From contig LN717261.1 in the NCBI GenBank assembly GCA_001244265.2, positions 1,813,591 to 1,877,590 on the forward strand: a DNA stretch of 64,000 nt, read 5' to 3'. The DNA comes from Microbotryum violaceum. Taxonomy: Eukaryota. The notes beneath the pieces are model-generated. The model did not search any database. It worked only from the letters and a program-made list of their open reading frames with translations, and was not told the origin of the DNA. Made by a program: the position numbers and the translations under genes. This document shows, piece after piece, positions 25,164-45,603 of the stretch (positions are counted from its first letter, which is position 1; every line of letters begins with the position of its first letter).

Positions 25164-28100
25164 GTTCATCATCATGACCTGGAACGTCAACAGGGGCTTC
25201 AATACCCCTGAACGACGTCGTCTGCTTCTTTCGTATCTCACTTCGCTCACACCTCCCCCTTCTGCTATCCTTCTCCAGGAACATAATGTTCCTAAAGCAC
25301 GACAATCTCACATACGCCACGAGTACGCCCAGTACCACCAGGGCGAGGCCTACTTTTCTCAACACTGCCTCACTTTGATTCCAAGCTCTTCTCCTCTTCT
25401 CGGTGGTCATCGTCGCACGCGTCAGTCTCTTGGCGGGCGCTTACTCGTGACCACCTTCGATGTGCGGGGTTCGACGGACGTCGTCGAACTCAACAATATC
25501 TACGCTCCGGTTCAACCCGCCGAGCGCCTCCTCTTCTTCACCTCCCTTCACTTTCGGGCGACCGTCTCCTCTCACATTCGGTTCATCGCGGGCGATCTGA
25601 ACGACTGCCCTATTCCCGCGGTGGATCGAGCGCAACAGGTGGACCGCCCGAACACCCACCACTGGCCTGTGCTTATGTCTCGGCTCGACGGGGCGTACAC
25701 GGATGCCATTCGGCTCATGCACCCACTGTCGCCGGCGACCACGCGCCCGCATCTCAGCAAGGATGGCCAGCTCATTTCGCGCGCGCGCATCGACTTTGTT
25801 CTGGTGCAGCGGCGACACGAGCGACGGATCGTTTCTGCTTCTACTCTGTACAATATCTCTCGACCCATGTCGGATCATCGACCGGTTATGGTCACATTTA
25901 GGCTGCGCGCAAGTGGTGCCGAGGTCGAAGAGGAGCTCTGCCTTCCCCAGGCGGCGCATTTTCTGACCCGCATCAACTCGTCGACCTTCAAACACGCCGA
26001 GTTTAAGGAGTTCGTCACTCCTCTCCTTGAGCAGGCGCCGTCTGGGGATCCGGTCGCGGACCTTCAGCGCGTACTCTCGGAGTCTCGGGTCCAAGCTCTC
26101 GAGCTGTCTCGGCGTCTGTTTCGGGAGCGCAACGCCCTCGAGATGATGCTGGTATCTCGACTGCAGGACATTGAGTCTCCTCGGGTGCTGAGCCCCTTCG
26201 ATATTATCGACTGGACGAACACCCACGACGCTCTCTCCAAGCTTGTGAACGAGCGAGCAAGGCAGTCCCGGATCAGGGCGCACGTTCCCGAGATTGCATC
26301 CGAGGAACGTCTCAGTCGTCCGGTACATGCCAAACTGGCTGCTCGGTCCCGCGATGTGAAGTTTCAGAGTATCCGGCTCGCTGATGGCGAGCTCACCACT
26401 GACATGGAGCGCACGCTCGAGCACACCCATTCTCATTTCCAGCAGCACTACCTTGTCGAAGCGAAGGATCCGGAACAGGTCGTGACGATGCGGGATGAGC
26501 TCTTGGGACCCATCAGATCAGCAAGACCTTGTGACGACCCGCTTTCCGACGCTCGCTTCCTTCGGCGGTTCTCGAATTCGCACGTCGACATTCTGGCCGA
26601 GCCCATCAGCGAGGCCGAGGTGCTCGCAGCGATTCGAACCACGCACGAAGGTCGATCTCCGGGTCCTTCAGGGGTCCCCTATGAGATGTATCGAGCCTGC
26701 CCCCTGCTTTGGGCCCCTCTCTTGACTCGAGCCTACAACGAGCTGATTACTCGAGGCTCCCTTACTCCACAACAGAGCCAGGCCAATGTGCGCCTCTTGT
26801 TCAAACACAACAAACCTGGTGCAGCGCGGTGCGACCTCAAATCGTATCGTCCGATCACCTTGCGGGAATGCGACTACAAGATCTTCACCAAGGTCTACGT
26901 GGCTCGTCTGAACCGGATCCTCCCCGATGTTCTTCCGGCCGGACAGCATGGGTTCGTCAAGGGGCGAAGACCAGCGGACGCGGCTTTGCATCTGCGGCTC
27001 CTGATCGATGAGATTAGGGGTCGTGGGGCAGAGTTCCCGACAGCAGCGCTCCTCTCCCTGGATCAGAGCTCGGCTTACGACATGGTCGAGCACGATTGGG
27101 TCTTTGCGGTGTTTGAGGCTCTCGGCGCGCCGGAACCTTTCCAGCGCGTCTTGCGGATGCTCTACAACGGCGAGACGTCCACAGCGCGGTACATTGTCAA
27201 CGGTTTCCTCACCGAGACGGTGCGACTCCTGTGCGGTCTTGGCCAGGGCGATCCTCTCTCTTCTTCTGTCTGGGATGTGGTATTCCAACCCTTCCTTGAT
27301 TCTCTCAGTCGACGCAACATTGCGCTGACTATCACTCTTCCGGAGCTGGCTCATCGTCCGCAGACTCGATGCATCACCAATTTGGCGTTCGCGGATGACG
27401 CCGTCGTCGCTGTTGCTGGGCCGGAAGCTATTGCTTCGCTCGAGGCGTTAGCTCGGGATTGGCGACTCGCGACGAACGGACGTCTAAACACCGACAAAAC
27501 TGTGGTGATGCCATTGGGCGCGACGTTGTGGGATCGCGCGGACTTGTCCAAACTGTCGTTCGTGGCACCGGACGAGTCTCTTCCCTGGATCGGTCTCCAG
27601 TTTGCGCCTGACGGCAACAACAGGCTGGGATTCCATGATCTTGAGCGAAGGGTTGATCGAGTGATTCTATCGGTGCGCGACCGATGGATGACGCACCATA
27701 CCCGGGCTTTCTATCTTAACCGCTACGGCATCTCCAAGGTGCTGCACTCTCTCTCCGCCGACATCCCGCCATCCGACGTGATCAAGTCGATCGAGCGCAA
27801 GCTTGCTGACTTTGTGAAGGGAGGCCCGCGGCGCAGCGACTACAAGCAATCGGTCGTCTTCACGGCACGGGCGCGAGGTGGTCTCAGCGTCGTGAGCATC
27901 CAAGATGTGGTGGATTCAGTCTCGGTACGGATTTGGGACGTGCTGGCCGGCGGGTCAACTGCGATTTGGGGCGAGCTGGCTCGGAGTTCCATCCGGCGAG
28001 CGCTTCCAACCTTTGACTTTGCTACGGATCTGTGGACGTGGAGGAACGCCGACGCACCCGGGAGCTACATCCCCGCTGGCGAGCGGTGCTCTCGGTCGCT

Positions 28101-29193
28101 GAACGCTACCCTGCCGTCGTCGATCCTGCCAAACTTTCGGTCTCCAATTTTCTCTCTCTTTCTCCCCTCCAACCTGGTCTGCATGACTCGCGGGTGTTCT
28201 CGGAGCAGGATAAGCGTTTGGCGAAGCTTTTCAGTTTCGAACGCACCATCGCTGACATCTATGCGCGAGCCGAATACCCGCAGCTCCAACGGTGCCCTGG
28301 ACCCCTGAGAAGCATCCCCAAGGCGACGGCTCGGAGCTGTCCAACCTGTGGCAATGGAAGCGCGATCAAGTCCAGGCGTGGATCCAGGTCGCAGGCGATC
28401 GCTTCATCCCGCCGCTTCCGCCTCCTGTTCCCGTCCTCGCACGTCGACCACCCGTCATTCGTGTCGTTGGAGCACCTGGAGCCCGGCCGGCGGTCCCCTC
28501 GAGCACATCTTGCCCAGAGCGACTCCGGTCGGCATGCCTGATCAAAGACTTCCTCTCCCCTCCGCCCCCTTGCTTGCTAATCAGTGGAGAATGTTGAGCT
28601 TGGACAGACCTTACACCATTGCGCGACTTCGACGCGTCATCAACCATCGACGTTTCGACGACACACAACGCCCTGGATCACTCGCCACACCCAAAGAAAG
28701 GCGACTCTTCTGGGGGTGGTTCCACACCGGGCCCGCCACGGCCCGCGAGCGCGAGGTGCACTTCAAGCTGGCGTACCACTTCACGCCAACGCGGAAGCGC
28801 CAGTTTGTGCAGCGGCATGGCGACTCGGCCTGCTGCCTTGTGCAGGCATGCAGCCTGGCAGGGGTGGAGGATGACTTTACTCACTTTTGGCATGATTGCC
28901 CTGACTCTTCTCAATTTTGGCAAGCAGCTAGGTCCATTATCTGCGACGCGCTGGGGGTCGTGTCGATCCTCGACCTCGACTACACGGCACTTCAGATCGA
29001 GCACGGCCTCCCTCGACTGCGCGCTCGCCTTCCGACGTCGAAAAAGCGTCCAATCCGCGCCTTCATTGCGCTGGCGCTCGACACTCTCAGCAACCGACGC
29101 TGGGATCTCCATCGCCACGCCAGAGCGATGTCGAGCATGGACAAGGAGATGGCGGGACTGAAGGAGAGGTTGGAGCTCAGATTGGCGCGATGA
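25156..29193 (+). pseudogene. LINE ORF2: APE endonuclease - RT - C-terminal Cys/His (zf-RVT-like) domain; frameshifts near 28060 and 28320
   Basis: IMTWNVNRG...ILLQEH...IAGDLND...RIDFVL...SDHRPV; SPGPSG; YRPITL; QHGFVKGR; LDQSSAYD; GQGDPLS; FADD; GGLSV; THFWHDCP. Confidence 0.93.
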
Positions 29194-32100
29194 AGTAGAT
29201 GTCCCTCCCTCCCTATCCAAGCAAAAACCAAACCCCCAAAAAATCACAAGTCCCTTTTCCCTCCTTCTCAATCTCCAAAATGTCTCCCAAACACGCCAGA
29301 ATACTGAACCTGTTTTCTCTCGCTCTTTTTGCCATTCCTCCTCATAGGCTTCCGTACTCCCCAGGAGCCTCGGGTTCTTTGCGCCGGCGGGCATTGTCGC
29401 CCTTGGTTCGAGCTTCTGCCACATCACGATGACACACAGCGAAAACGGATCCCCTTGGCCCTCTCCTGGACTATATCGTGAGTTTTCCACTCCTCTCAAG
29501 GGCCGGGTCTGTCTTCTCTTTCGGTCGAGCGACCCCGTGATCTCCTGTTCAAGGCCGGCACAAACTGCCTGCGTGGCTCGCCTCTCCTTGCTTTGCTGCT
29601 CGCTCGGAGTCGCGGCCCCGCGGCGGGTGACTCGGGTACCGAACCGCCATACACATCCACACTCGAGCGAGGTCCCACCCAATGACATCACCGTCGTGGG
29701 CCTCATGCTCCTTCTTTCCCCAGTATCTGCGGTGATTGGGAACCACCTGCACGTACAAGGGGACTCGAGTGTGCGTTCCGAGATTGGGAGTACGCCGCAG
29801 GGAAGCGAGGCCCCTGCGGAAGGTATACCCCGCCCTTGTCTCCAGCCGCGCGCCGGTGTTGACGGCCACCCGCCCGCGCTGCACCCGACCGAGGCGTGTC
29901 CAATGGACTGTCACATGCTCCGTGACTTTCCCCGGAAATCTCTGGATTGTGTGTTTTTGTGCGAAGTAGGCCTGTTTCGCAGTTGCAGTCATTGGAATGG
30001 GGGTGATCTGGGGTCGTGCGGTCGCGAGGGGGGCCGACTTTGGTAACCGAAAAGGGGTTTGGAATCCGCGGTGGAGATCCAGCGCAGACGGGTACAAGGG
30101 GTATGTGATTGCTGCGGTCGCAGGGGGTTACATTCCCCTTTGGACCACGTGAATCATTTGGATTGAGCGGGATGTTTGTGCCATCGGAGGCCTTGTTCGA
30201 CGCGTCTCAAAGAATTAAGGGGCTTCAAGGAGTATGGCGGTCTCAGGGGGGGCTGAAGTCAAAAGATCGAAGAAGGTTCAACTGTACGACTATAATCGGA
30301 TTCGCCTGTACAACACATGTACCATCACCAACGACTCATCCATCTTTTCCCGATTCCTTGTGTATAATCTTCAACCTTCCTTTCATTCGTCTCTGGGAGG
30401 GAGCAACCGTGGGTGGGGGGGACTTGAACTCGGATGTATCGGGTTGATCTGTTCTGCTAGTTACAACGCATCAAGCGGCGGTTGTGGTCATCATCGTGCA
30501 TGCTGGGTAGCATCTCCTTTAGTTCCGTAGGGGGTTTTCTCGTCTTGCAAATTAGCGATGAGTTTCATACAAAAAAAAAAAACCACACATTAGTTCGCGT
30601 TAGGTGCTCGGCGGGTTTTGATCTGCGCAGCGCTCTTTGCGCGCAGGGGTTTGACTTTCACCCAACTGCTTGCCGTCGTGGCTTTATAACCTCCTTTGGC
30701 TCTTTTTGTAGCGGTCCCAGCCAACCCGAAGGATTGCAATTTATGAGCCCCAGTCAAAAAAAAAAAATGGGAGCCATGGCGGGCGGACTGGTGCACGGTC
30801 ACATTGACTTCTACTACAATATCGCGCCACCAGCCAGTTTGAACAAGTAGCCCATCGTTGACCTTGACGTGTTCACGTCGGATCCCCAGTCCGAGTCAGA
30901 ATACCCCTCGTATCCCAGCAAGGGTTCGTTGTTAGCCATGTAATGGATGCCCAGATTGAGCGAGCCTTTGATGTACCAAAGGACGCATTTGACGGCCTCG
31001 AGATGCGCTGCCCCGCTTTTCCAACAAACCGAGAGAGATACCCCACAGCATGTGCAAGATCGGGTCGGGTGGCAACAACGGCATACATGAGGGAGCCGAT
31101 CATAGAACGATACGTCGAGTTGTTGGCTTCATTGGGGTCAATCTCGGGCAACAACTGGAGGTTGGCCTCCATTGGCGATTTGCAGGGATTGCAATCGGAC
31201 ATGCCGAAACAAGCCAAAACATTGACAAGGTATTGGCGCTGCAGGAGGGTGATCCCGCCATCATTATGCCGGACAACCTGAACCCCTAGAATCCAGTCAG
31301 CCGGGCCGAGACGTTTTACGCCATAAAGGGTGTCGAGTTGATCCAGGACTCGATCAATCTCCCCAAGGTTGGGACCAAAGAAGAGGAGGTCGTCTACGTA
31401 GAGCACAATGTAGTGATCACCCAAAACGTTGGCGCGCCTATAAATGCATTCATCGCAGGCAAGACGGCGGTAGCCGAGATTTGCTAGAGTGGTGTTGATC
31501 GTGTCGTTCCAGACTTGACCGGCTTGCTTGAGCCCGTAGATGGAATGGTGAAGACGGAGGCACTTGCCGTCATAGCCTTCGATGCCAGTGGGGACGCGCA
31601 TGTAGATCTCTTCCTCCAGGACGCCGTGGAGGTGGGCCTTGTCCACGTCGGCTTGTATGATGTGGTGGCCCCTGGAGGCTGCGTGCGCAACAAGAATGCG
31701 AATGGAGGTGAACTTTGCCGTTGGTGCAAACGTCTCGTCAAAATCACCTGCCCGCTGTGCGCATCCCTGAGCTACGATGCGGCTCTTAACGACACCATTT
31801 TGCCCGCCTTATCGCATTTGGTCCGAAACACGTGGCGACTCGGCAAGATAGTGGCTACCCTGGGAACGGAGGCAAGGTCGATTACGCTGAACACCTTGAA
31901 GTCATCCTTCATCGAGCGGAACTCCTTGATGGCACCAGCTTTCAAACCTTCCGCATGAGGGTGGCGCATGGCTTCCTTCCAAGTACTGGGATCGCTGGTG
32001 GGAAGCGTGAAAGGATCTTCGGGCTCGGAGAGAGGACGGTCCGCCTTCGAGATATTGATGCCTGCCTCCGCGAGATTGGAAACCAGCGCAACAACCTCGT

Positions 32101-34884
32101 CGCCGAGTGAGAATGCAAAGGCAGAAGGCGTCGAGCGCAAGGATGTGAGGGCTCCGTACCGAGCCGGCGGATTGCGCGCACGTGGGCCTGCGGGTGGCTG
32201 CCAGGCCGGGCCAGGGGCGTCAAAACGCAAGGCAGCCGGTGGGTCAACGTGCTCGGGGGAATAATGACGACCCCGCTGTCGTCGTCCCCCGCGGCCGGAA
32301 GCGGGGGCGCTCGGATACCTGTTGCTCAAGCAGGGAAGTTGTCCTCAAAGAATGTGACGCTGCGGGACTTGAAGACCTGTCTCGTGTTGGGGTCCAGCAG
32401 TCTGTACCCCTTGGACTCGAGGTTGTAGCCAACGAAGACGAGTGGGATGCCTCGCGGATCAAGCTTGCTGCGCGGCTCGGTGGTAGCGGCCTTCCACGCT
32501 CGACAGCCGAACACGCGTAGATGGCCAGCTGAAGGTTTGGAACCGTACCAACGTGGTGAGGCGTGGTGCCCGAGTTTGCAGAGTGCGGCGAGCGATTTTT
32601 GACGTAGACGTACGTTGCCAATGCCTCGGCCCACAAAGCGTGAGGTAGGCCCGACTGGTGGAGCATTGAGCGGACACCCTTGGTGATCGAACGATTCGCA
32701 CGTTCGGCGACTCCATTCTGTTGAGGCGTGTCAGGGATAGAGAGCTGACGAGTAATGCCTTGCTCCTCCAGGAATCTGGAGAACTCGTTCGATATGAATT
32801 CGCCCCCATTATCCGAGCGGACAGCAAGGACTTTGCGTGACGTGGAGCGCTCCACCTTCGCGAGCCAGTATTTGAAGGCCGCAAAGGTGTCGGACTTGTG
32901 TGACATCGGAATCGCCCACAAATACCGAGAATGGTCGTCCACGATGACGAGAGCGTATCTCGCACCCCCTAATGACACGGCACCGTCGAAGGCGAGGAGG
33001 TCCATGTGGACTCGTTCAAGCGGCTGAGCAGAGCGATTCGATGGGACGGCAGGGAACGGGTGATGCGTAATTTTGCCAGCTTGGCAAGTGTCACATTTCA
33101 AATCCTCGTTTGAATCTACCTCCATGCTGACTCCCGACACAGCTTCAGTCAAAATCAACTGTCGGAGGGCGCGTGGGTGGAGGTGAGCGAAGCGTCCGTG
33201 CAAGACCGACATGGGAACGGCCACGAGCGCACGCGGGAACGCACCCGCTTGATGAACGAGAGCAGCGACGTCGACGAGCGAGGCCTGCATGTGGTAAAGT
33301 CCGTTCTTGAGCTCGCCAGTGTGACACACCGTGTCGGCGATGGAGACCGTTGCCTTGGCCCGAGTCAGATGGATGTCGTAACCCCCGATGTTGGCACAAC
33401 TGGCGGAGAACAGGTTGACCGGAGCGGTGGGCACAAACAAGGCGTCGTTGAGTTGGCCGATGCTGCCGTCAAAGGAACGAACGATTGCGGAGCCGACGCC
33501 TTCAATGGAGTTGACAACTTCACCAGTGATGCCTTCGAGCGGGGCTGGCTTGCACTTGCGGAAGGACGTGAAACATGCGCAATCATTGACGATGTGGTGC
33601 GTCGCCCCGCTGTCCAGGATGATGGAGGGCCTGGCCAAGGTGGACATCGTGGCTGTGAGGTAGCCAAGCACAGGACCGTCAACCAGCGTCGAGATATTAG
33701 GCGCAGTGACAAGCGAGGCGGAAGGCGCTGAAGGAGCCTTCGTCTTCTTCCCTTGGACCCAGCCTTGTTGTCCGGGCACTTGCGATTCCAGTGCGGACCT
33801 CCGCAGTGGTGGCACGGGGAGAAAGGAGGCGCGGTAGACTTGTCCGCTGTCGCAATCGGGCTTGCCACCATGGCGACGGGTTTGGGAGCTGGCATCTGAT
33901 CCGCCTGCGTGTGGAGCGACTGGAGGACCTCCGTCGGGCTCGGGAGCCTATCCAATCCTTGCCGAAGTGTTTGCGTGTAGTATTCACGGTACAGATTCTT
34001 GCCGAAGTGGACAAGGCGGAACGACACAATCTGCTCGAAAGTAAGCTCGTGTCCCGAGAGTGTGTTAAATAGCTCAATGGTCGTCGCTTGGTACTTTGCG
34101 AAGGTGTCCATGCCGGTGGGAGGGGGTCCCACGTCGAGCAACGCTTGGAGACGGATGAGAATGTCAGCCACCGTGCCGGTACCGGCCGCCTTCTTGATCA
34201 TCTGTAAGACTTCCGCAGGAGTGTGGTTGTAACCATCCTTTATGTGTTTTCGGATGTCCGGTGAAACAGAACGCATCAGCAGCGCGACCGCTTGGAAATT
34301 GGCGTGATCGAGAACCGTGCGCGTGTTGGGTGATTGGACGGGCGTCGCGAGGGTGCAGTTCCAATAGTCGCCGCCAAGGGCGCCTCGCACGTCGTCGATC
34401 CATTGCGACCAGCCCCCTGTAAGGCGCGGCTCCACTAGCGCCTCACGACCGCCTCAAGCCACCCTGCGCGTGGCGCCATGGGCACCTCTTGACCTTAGTC
34501 TTTTGAGTAGTTTATCCTCGCCTGCGATTACACCGTTTGATCTTTTCTGTTCAAACTCGGAATCAGTGAGGCTCGAGAGCGATCTCGTGCCTTTCACCCC
34601 CAGCGTTTCGCAGATGGCATGATGGGTCAACATTGCGTGGTTTGACAAGGACAATAGGGGTTGTACCCCCTGTGACCATGAGAGGAGTGCTCATGTCTTG
34701 ATGACTCGAATTGGCTGGCCGCTCGGTTGGGCTCGTAACCTATTGAAACTGAACAGCGATGTGCTGAACAAGTTGGCGGCAAGGACAAGCCAATGAGTTC
34801 ATAATCAAGTGAAGAAGAGGAGTCAAAGACGCGAATCGCGCGTGCGACTAATATAAAGTGGAGACGCGCGTAGTGCGGATTTAA

Positions 34885-35991
<1,107 letters not shown>

Positions 35992-36398
35992 TGAAGTCGC
36001 ATTTTGCAAGGAGTTCTCGGACCGATTTCCGGCAGACATCCCGCCGGTCTCACAGTACGAGTCAAAGGTCCGCCATCGTATCGCACTGAAACCTGGTATG
36101 AAGACTCCGCGGCAACCAACCTACGGCACTCCGATGCGCTGGCATGCGGTGTGGCGACGCTTACTGGATGAACACCTCGCGGCCGGTCGTCTTCGCCCAT
36201 CATTGTCGGAATACTCCTTGCCGGCCTTCATCATTCCCAAGAAGGGTATGGACACCGACCCGTCGATTATGCCACGTTGGGTCAACGACTATCGGATCCT
36301 CAATGCAGCGACGGTACCAGATCGCACACCGCTTCCCCTGCCGGACGAGATTTTGGCCGTCGCAACTCGGGCGCGCTTCTGGTCCAAGATCGATATGA

Positions 36399-36632
<234 letters not shown>

Positions 36633-39042
36633 GTGGTTCGTCATGCCAATGGGCCTGTTGAACGCGCGGCGACGCATCAACGCTGGGTCAACGAGGCCCT
36701 GTCTAGTCTCATCGGCAAGAGCTGCTTCGCCTACCTTGACGACATGACTATCTTCTCGGATACCATGGAGGATCATCAAACCCACATCAAGGAGGTACTC
36801 GAGGCGCTGCGGCGGGCCGATCTGTATTGTTTGCCAAAGAAGACCGAACTTTTTCGAACGTCTTGCGACTTTTTGGGGCATGTCATTTCGCGAAACGGGA
36901 TTGCAGCAGATCAGTCGAAGGTGGAGCGAATCATGGGGTGGCCGCGTCCGCGGACTGTCACAGAGCTTCGGGGGTTTCTGGGCCTCGTTCAATACTTGCG
37001 CAAGTTCATCAATGGTCTGGCCCAACATACCAAACCTCTGGCGGATTTAACGTTGAAGAGCGCCAATGTCCGACTCATGTGGGGTGCCGAGCAAGAGCGA
37101 CACTTCAACGCCATAAAGGCCATCGTCACCTCGCTGCCATGTCTCAAGCCGATCGACCATCAGCGGCCCTCTGGGCTATGACGGACGCAAGTAACGTTGG
37201 GATAGGCGCCGTGTTGCTTCAGGGGCAGGATTGGCGCAAGGCACACCCGGTGGTGTATTGGTCTTGTCAGTACATCAATGCGGAGGTCAACTACCCGACC
37301 CATGAACAGGAGCTTTTGGCGGTCGTGGACGCCCTGCGTCAGTGGTGAGTCAACTTGATGGGTGTCCACTTCCATGTCCTTTCTGACCACGAATCGCTGA
37401 AGTACCTCAAGATGCAGGAAAATCTATCAAAGTATCAGGCCCGCTGGGTCAAACGTCTAGCCAATTACGATTTCGACATCACCTACATTCCAGGAGGCGA
37501 GAACACCGTGGCAGACGCGATGAGCCGGTACTCTTTCCCGCAGGGTTAGCTGATTCTGTACAGGCGGTTTCGGAGATGGACGTCGACACACAGCTGCGGG
37601 GCCGCCTTGTGGAGGGCTATGACTCCGATCCCTTTTGCCAGCAGGTCAAGCGCAATCTCGACTCGTCGCCAGAGTTCTCTTGTGTGGATGGGGTGCTGTA
37701 TTTCGAGGGTAGGATGGTTGTACCTGCGGTGCCACAGCTTTGGGAGGACATCTTACACGACGCTCACAACGCGCTGGGTCACTTCAGCCCGTGCAAGACC
37801 TTCCATCAGGCGTCTCGGACTTTCTTCTAGCCGCGGCTGCGAACATCATGCGATGCCTATGTCTCAACATGTGATGTATGTCAACGTAACAAAGCAACAA
37901 CCACGGGCGCGTTGGGGGTATCGCATGCGTTGGCTGTGCCGGATGGGCTGATGCAGGAGGTGGCTCTCGATTTTGTGGGCCCCCTGCCCAAGAGCCAGGG
38001 GTTCGACATGCTCCTCATGATCACCGATCATTTATCGGGCTACACGCGCTTGATACCTAGCCTGGCCGCGGACACCGGCAAGGACATAGTCGAACGTTTT
38101 CATGAGGGATGGCACCGCTTCTTTGGACCGCCAACAAGGATAATCTCCGATCGGGATAAGCTATTTACATCGCATTTCTGGCGCGCTTATCACAATCTGA
38201 TGGGCACTCAACTCGCCATGTCTACATTGTTCCACCCGGAAACCGACGGCCGTAGCGAACGGACCAACGAGACCGCCATTCAAGCCTTGCGAGCCGTGGT
38301 CGACAAGCAGCAGAACAATTGGGTCCGACATCTGGTCAACATTGAGTTTGTGATCAATGCAAGCGTCAACGCCTCAACGAACAAATTGCCGTTTGAGGTG
38401 GTCCTAGGTTGTTCACCCAGCCTGTTGCCAACATCTCTCAATCGACCTGACTTGCCCAATGTGCCTGCGGCAAAGGACCTGATCGCCGAGCGGAAGGCGG
38501 TGTTGGCGGAGGTCCGGGATGCATTGGGCGCAGCCAAGGTGCGGCAAGCGGAGCAGATCAACCGACATCAACGGCCAGAACCGGACATTGCGGTGGGCGA
38601 TTTCGTCATGGTGGACACCCGTGACCGTCGTCTTCGATTTAAAACGGGACACCGCAAGTCGGCCAAGCTCTTCGATCGCTTTGAGGGACCCTACAAGGTT
38701 ATTGCCGCAAATGTTGCCACCTCCAACTACACACTGCAGCTTAGCGAAGGCGACCAATCACATCCTATGTTTCACGTAAGCAAGCTCCGTCCTTACCAAG
38801 CCAACGACCCCAACCTCTTTCCAAATCGAGAACCCGCCAGACCCAAACCAGTCATAGTCAATGAACATGAAGAATGGGTTGTGCGAGAGATATTGGAGGA
38901 GACAACAAGGGGGGGGGGAAGCGCTATCATGTTTGGTGGGGGGGCTATCCGCAGCACGAAGCCACCATGGAACCGTGTGAAAACTTTGTGGGGACAGAGG
39001 CGCTTTGGTGTCGGGAGTTGAAGAAGAGGATGGAGGGGAGGG

Positions 39043-43530
<4,488 letters not shown>

Positions 43531-44499
43531 GCCTAAGCAATACCCAATTGGACACTTTCTAATGAATACTGAGCCCAAGAATCCCTGGCCTCGCTCTCAC
43601 TCGCGATCACCGCCTCAACCCAGTTGGCTCCCATTGTGCTCACAGACGAGATCGTCTTCTGTTGCACCAACCCATTCCAACACATAAAATACAATCTGTC
43701 ATTCTCGAACGATAGGCTAAAAGCAAGTTGTAACTAGAACTACTCAGAGGCTACTTATTGGGCTGTTCCTGTAAGACATTTGCGATCGTTTATCGTTTTT
43801 TGATCGTCTCTCGCTCGGAACGCCGACTTGTCGAGCTACGTCTCCTCTTTTTCGTTTCGATCTGGAAGCTCTCTCGCCGAGGAAAATCTTTTTTTCCTAG
43901 TCGTATCTTTCTTTTCCTAGTCGGTCAAAGATTCCCAGGGTTCGCCGCCGCCGATACACGTCGGATTCTTTGGAACCGATCACCCGATCGCGCGATCACC
44001 GAAATGGCATTCGAAGAGCTCTGGGCATCAATTCAGGAGTGCAAGGCTGGCCTTGTGTCTCTGTAAAACACCTAAGGGGGATTTGGTGGGTATGATCGAT
44101 TCTGATTCAGGGTCAAAGAGTCCTACACTACTGGCCTAGCCAGTGTGCTTACCTGCATTTCCTCCGACTTTCCCAGATATTTCTAGGCACATACATATTA
44201 GGATATGGCGCGCGGCTGAGAACCTTATTTTGACGTGCATTCTTCCATGTAGATGTAAGTTATATTTATTTTGATCCATCAAATGAATGACAAACAAAAA
44301 TGAGATCCTATTCGAGTTCATTTCATTTTGAAAAGGCTCGTTGGCGGTCGCGCTGGCACCGCTCTTGGTGCTCGGTGCGCGCGCGCGCAATCTTTCCCGC
44401 CCGCGCGAGGAATGCAGTCTGCGCGTAGCGCAGAAACTTTTCTGAGCATTGTACAGCTTGTAGAGTAATTTTGAGAAATTATTCAACACTAGGCGGCCC

Positions 44500-44605
44500 T
44501 CTTTTTTGGACATTCTCAGTCAGAATCCGGAAAAAAATTGGACATTTTGCCTCGAAAAACGCCGTTTTTAGAGGGCCGCCTATGGCTGGGCTTTCGGGGG
44601 TCCTG
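44500..44605 (-). mobile_element. Right TIR (...GGGGGTCCTG) matching 12020-12051
   Basis: GGCCGCCTATGGCTGGGCTTTCGGGGGTCCTG preceded by TTGGACATT motifs. Confidence 0.75.
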
Positions 44606-44797
44606 CTATAGCTGTGCTTCCCACACACGCGGGCTCACGGGCGGTACTCGCAGCGCACGTTCCCTTTTGGGCCTTCACTGCGTTGTCGACGTTTCCCCCA
44701 GTGGATGCTATAGCTGTGCTTCCCACACGCGAGCTCACGGGCGGTACTCGCAAAGCACGTTACCTTTCGGGCTTTCGCTGCGTTGTCGACGTTTCCT
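44606..44797 (+). repeat. ~102-bp tandem duplication (2 copies) abutting the TIR
   Basis: CTATAGCTGTGCTTCCCACAC...GTCGACGTTTCC starts at 44606 and 44708. Confidence 0.9.
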
Positions 44798-45603
44798 TAC
44801 CAGCTTCTATGGCTGCGTTCACCACCTGTAGGGACAGGTGCGTTCCTCACTCCCAAGACTACCTCCCAGCTGACGAGGTCGCTGATCGAGAGTTCCATCT
44901 TGCCGGACGTTCACAGCTGCTAGCAGCTCGGTATGAAACCCTCGACGTGGCTCGCTTAGAGTAGCTCGGGGTAAGTGCTTCGATACACCCAAGCTTGTTG
45001 CACGGTGTACTTTGCACTTGGATCCCTGCAAATTCTTTGTGGGGGCATTTTGCTCCGAGTCCTTGTTGGGCAACGAGCTAAATCGCATATCTCTCAGCAG
45101 ACCCTTTTGCCGTCCTTTGCACCAACCGCGCCACAACTGTCTTTATACAGTGTCTTGCCTGCAAAGGTATGCTGAGACGATCAGTGGACTTGCTCCATCA
45201 TCAGTTGCAGCCGACTGACATCCAGAAGCTTGGGTCGCAAAGCTCCCAATGGTCATCCCGCCCACCATCCCTGTGTATCACCAAGAAGTTCGGACTCTCT
45301 TCCGTTTAGATCAATCTTTTACGGTTTTCCCCAGAAGGCTGGGTTTTCACCGCTTGAGGTATCTGTTTAACAACTCCAACACTAATGTTGTCCTTCGTCT
45401 TGCTGCAACTCGAACCACTATTCCGCTACGACTCGCGCGAGTGGTCAGGAGAGTCGATCGGCCTGATCCCTCATAGCCACTTAACTCAAGTGATTACCGA
45501 AGATGGCTAGTACTAAGCGACTTGTTCAAGCGCGAGCATCGCGAAACGTGTCTCGAAGCGAAGGCAAACGGGCCCAAAGTCATGCCGAAGGCTGCTCAGG
45601 GTA

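Larger units (their letters stand above)
22829..30818 (+). mobile_element. L1/Tx1-like non-LTR retrotransposon unit inserted in Copia-A RNase H (possible 3-bp TSD ATA)
   Basis: Removing 22829-30818 and one ATA restores the Copia reading KLAGGAI|SWSSRLQPRVA; contains ORF1, ORF2 and a 1.6-kb 3' region. Confidence 0.88.

Noticed and set aside
25441-27354. Long antisense ORFs over LINE ORF2 (and similar ones over the Copia/Gypsy pol genes)
   Set aside because: Shadow ORFs expected in GC-rich coding sequence
30610-30680. Hammerhead ribozyme or second tRNA in the LINE 3' region
   Set aside because: The CUGANGA/GAAA core is absent and no cloverleaf or clear A/B boxes are present
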